A DNA stretch of 53,306 nt, counting the filler, from Jimgerdemannia flammicorona (lineage: Eukaryota): assembly GCA_003990765.1 (NCBI GenBank). It is 3 parts of 3 records of this genome, joined end to end, with 100 filler letters (N's around TTAATTAATTAA, not from the genome) between each part and the next. Parts side by side here need not be neighbours in the genome. Positions count along the whole stretch, not along the records: positions 35,607 to 53,306 come from RBNJ01002445.1; 2 more parts are not named here. One strand, given 5' to 3'. Positions 52,101-53,306 of this stretch are shown here, piece by piece. A program made the position numbers and the translations under genes. Positions within the stretch are counted from its first letter, which is position 1; each line of letters begins with the position of its first letter. The notes under the pieces were generated by a model. The model searched no databases. It was not told the DNA's origin and worked only from the letters and a program-made list of their open reading frames with translations.

Positions 52101-53306
52101 AATGCTCATCCTCTTCCTGCTCGAATTGAACTCGAGTACACTGAGTAACGTGAACTCCTTCCGCTCGCCCATGGCCTCAATCACGATGGTGTCGTTCTCA
52201 CGACCAAGGAATGCGAATCCGAGATCGCGCGCCGTGGAAACGAGTGCGGCCTCGTCAGGCGATTGCGCCTTGTATACAATGTTATACTCATTTCCCTCCT
52301 CGGGTCGCTCGGGCAGAACTGTATGACATATGGCGAGCGCGGACAAGAAGTGTACGATGGCAGTCGCCTGATCATTCACGTTGTCGTAGGAAGCCGAGTC
52401 GAGCCCAGCGAGGTCGTCAAAAAGCTTTGGGTCGACAAAAGTCGGGTTGGGGCCTATGTAGTTGTTCTTGAAGAGCTGGGCCTGCTTCTCAAACATTTCG
52501 GTCCGCGCCGCCTGCAGCTTGGCGCTGTCCGACGGGTCAGGGTGTCTGGTCTCCGCCGGGTTATCGTTGTCCGCGTGCATCCTGGCCTCGGCCCCAGTCC
52601 CGACTTCCGTGTCGCCAAGGCCGTACGCCACGCCGTTGATGGTGCAGCGTCGGAACTCCATCACGTTCTGCGTCAACGTGCCGGTTTTGTCCGAAAATAT
52701 GTACTCAATCTGGCCAAGGTCGTCAGAGATGTTCCAGGTCTTGGGGATGCAGGGTTGATCGAGGGGCTCGTAGTACATGTCGATGTCGCTGAAAATGAAA
52801 TACGCCTGTTCGTAGAAAGAGTAATCTTAGTACTAAGCCCACCTTCATATCGATGGAATATCATGACATTTCTGGGTATGATCCGTACCGCAAGCGTCTT
52901 GACAATTTCTACGGAGATGTAAAGTGAAATCGGCACAATATTCTGGAACAAGATCAACGTAACCCTGAAGATCCATGCAAGAGCAACCAACCAGTCAGTA
53001 AAGATCAAACACCAACCAACCCCCCCCCCCCCCCTCTAACCCCACGCGGAAAACCATCCCCCAACCCACCCACACCCGACAACCGCAAGTCTTACCAAAA
53101 GGTCAAGAACCCGGCCATGGCCGCGCTGTGAGCATCTGAGCCGAACTCGAACCATTGGGCCGAGGTGTTTTGGTCAAAGTAGATGCTACTGGCGATCGAG
53201 CACCCGACGCAGATCAGACCAAGCAGGACAAAGTTGGCGATGACCTGTGGGTGAAAGCGGTTAGAAACCATTTGCACATTGGCCCTCCAATACGCCCACT
53301 TAAATA
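49129..53306 (-). CDS. Phospholipid-translocating P4-type ATPase (Dnf1/Dnf2-like flippase), 5' part outside window
   Basis: Motifs QNIVPISLY, SDDLGQIEYIFSDKTGTLT, SPDEAAL, EFNSSRKRMS, KGAD, IEDRLQ, LTGDK, CCRVSP.QK, IGDGANDVSM. GT-AG exons approx. 53244-53096, 52964-52889, 52805-51932, 51828-50988, 50889-50807, 50717-49129. Confidence 0.96.

Noticed and set aside
49771..52922. Plus-strand ORFs antisense to the P4-ATPase
   Set aside because: Shadow ORFs of a GC3-rich coding sequence.

Overview
Eukaryotic, very probably fungal (early-diverging, Mucoromycota-like; taxon is an inference) genomic DNA in three pieces joined by artificial N/TTAATTAATTAA/N linkers. There are two intron-containing host genes in CpG-rich islands: a Kv-beta-type aldo-keto reductase (19397-21125, +) and the 3' part of a P4-ATPase flippase (49129->53306, -). 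The rest is nested transposon DNA decayed by C>T/G>A transitions. It includes two copies of a Ty3/Gypsy chromovirus with a dUTPase and ~2.06-kb LTRs that carry their own 365-codon ORF (one copy complete with a CTTAT TSD), L1/Tx1-like LINEs, and Copia and Gypsy relics. The most unusual object is a young endonuclease-less Penelope-like retroelement (5818-10300). It has two ORFs apparently joined by a -1 slippery site and an A'-L-A...L-A terminal architecture. This architecture fits hairpin self-priming of the cDNA, and the loop L is rich in ssDNA GNA mini-hairpins. An AT-rich decayed ORF region flanking the complete chromovirus may be endobacterial DNA (unverified).
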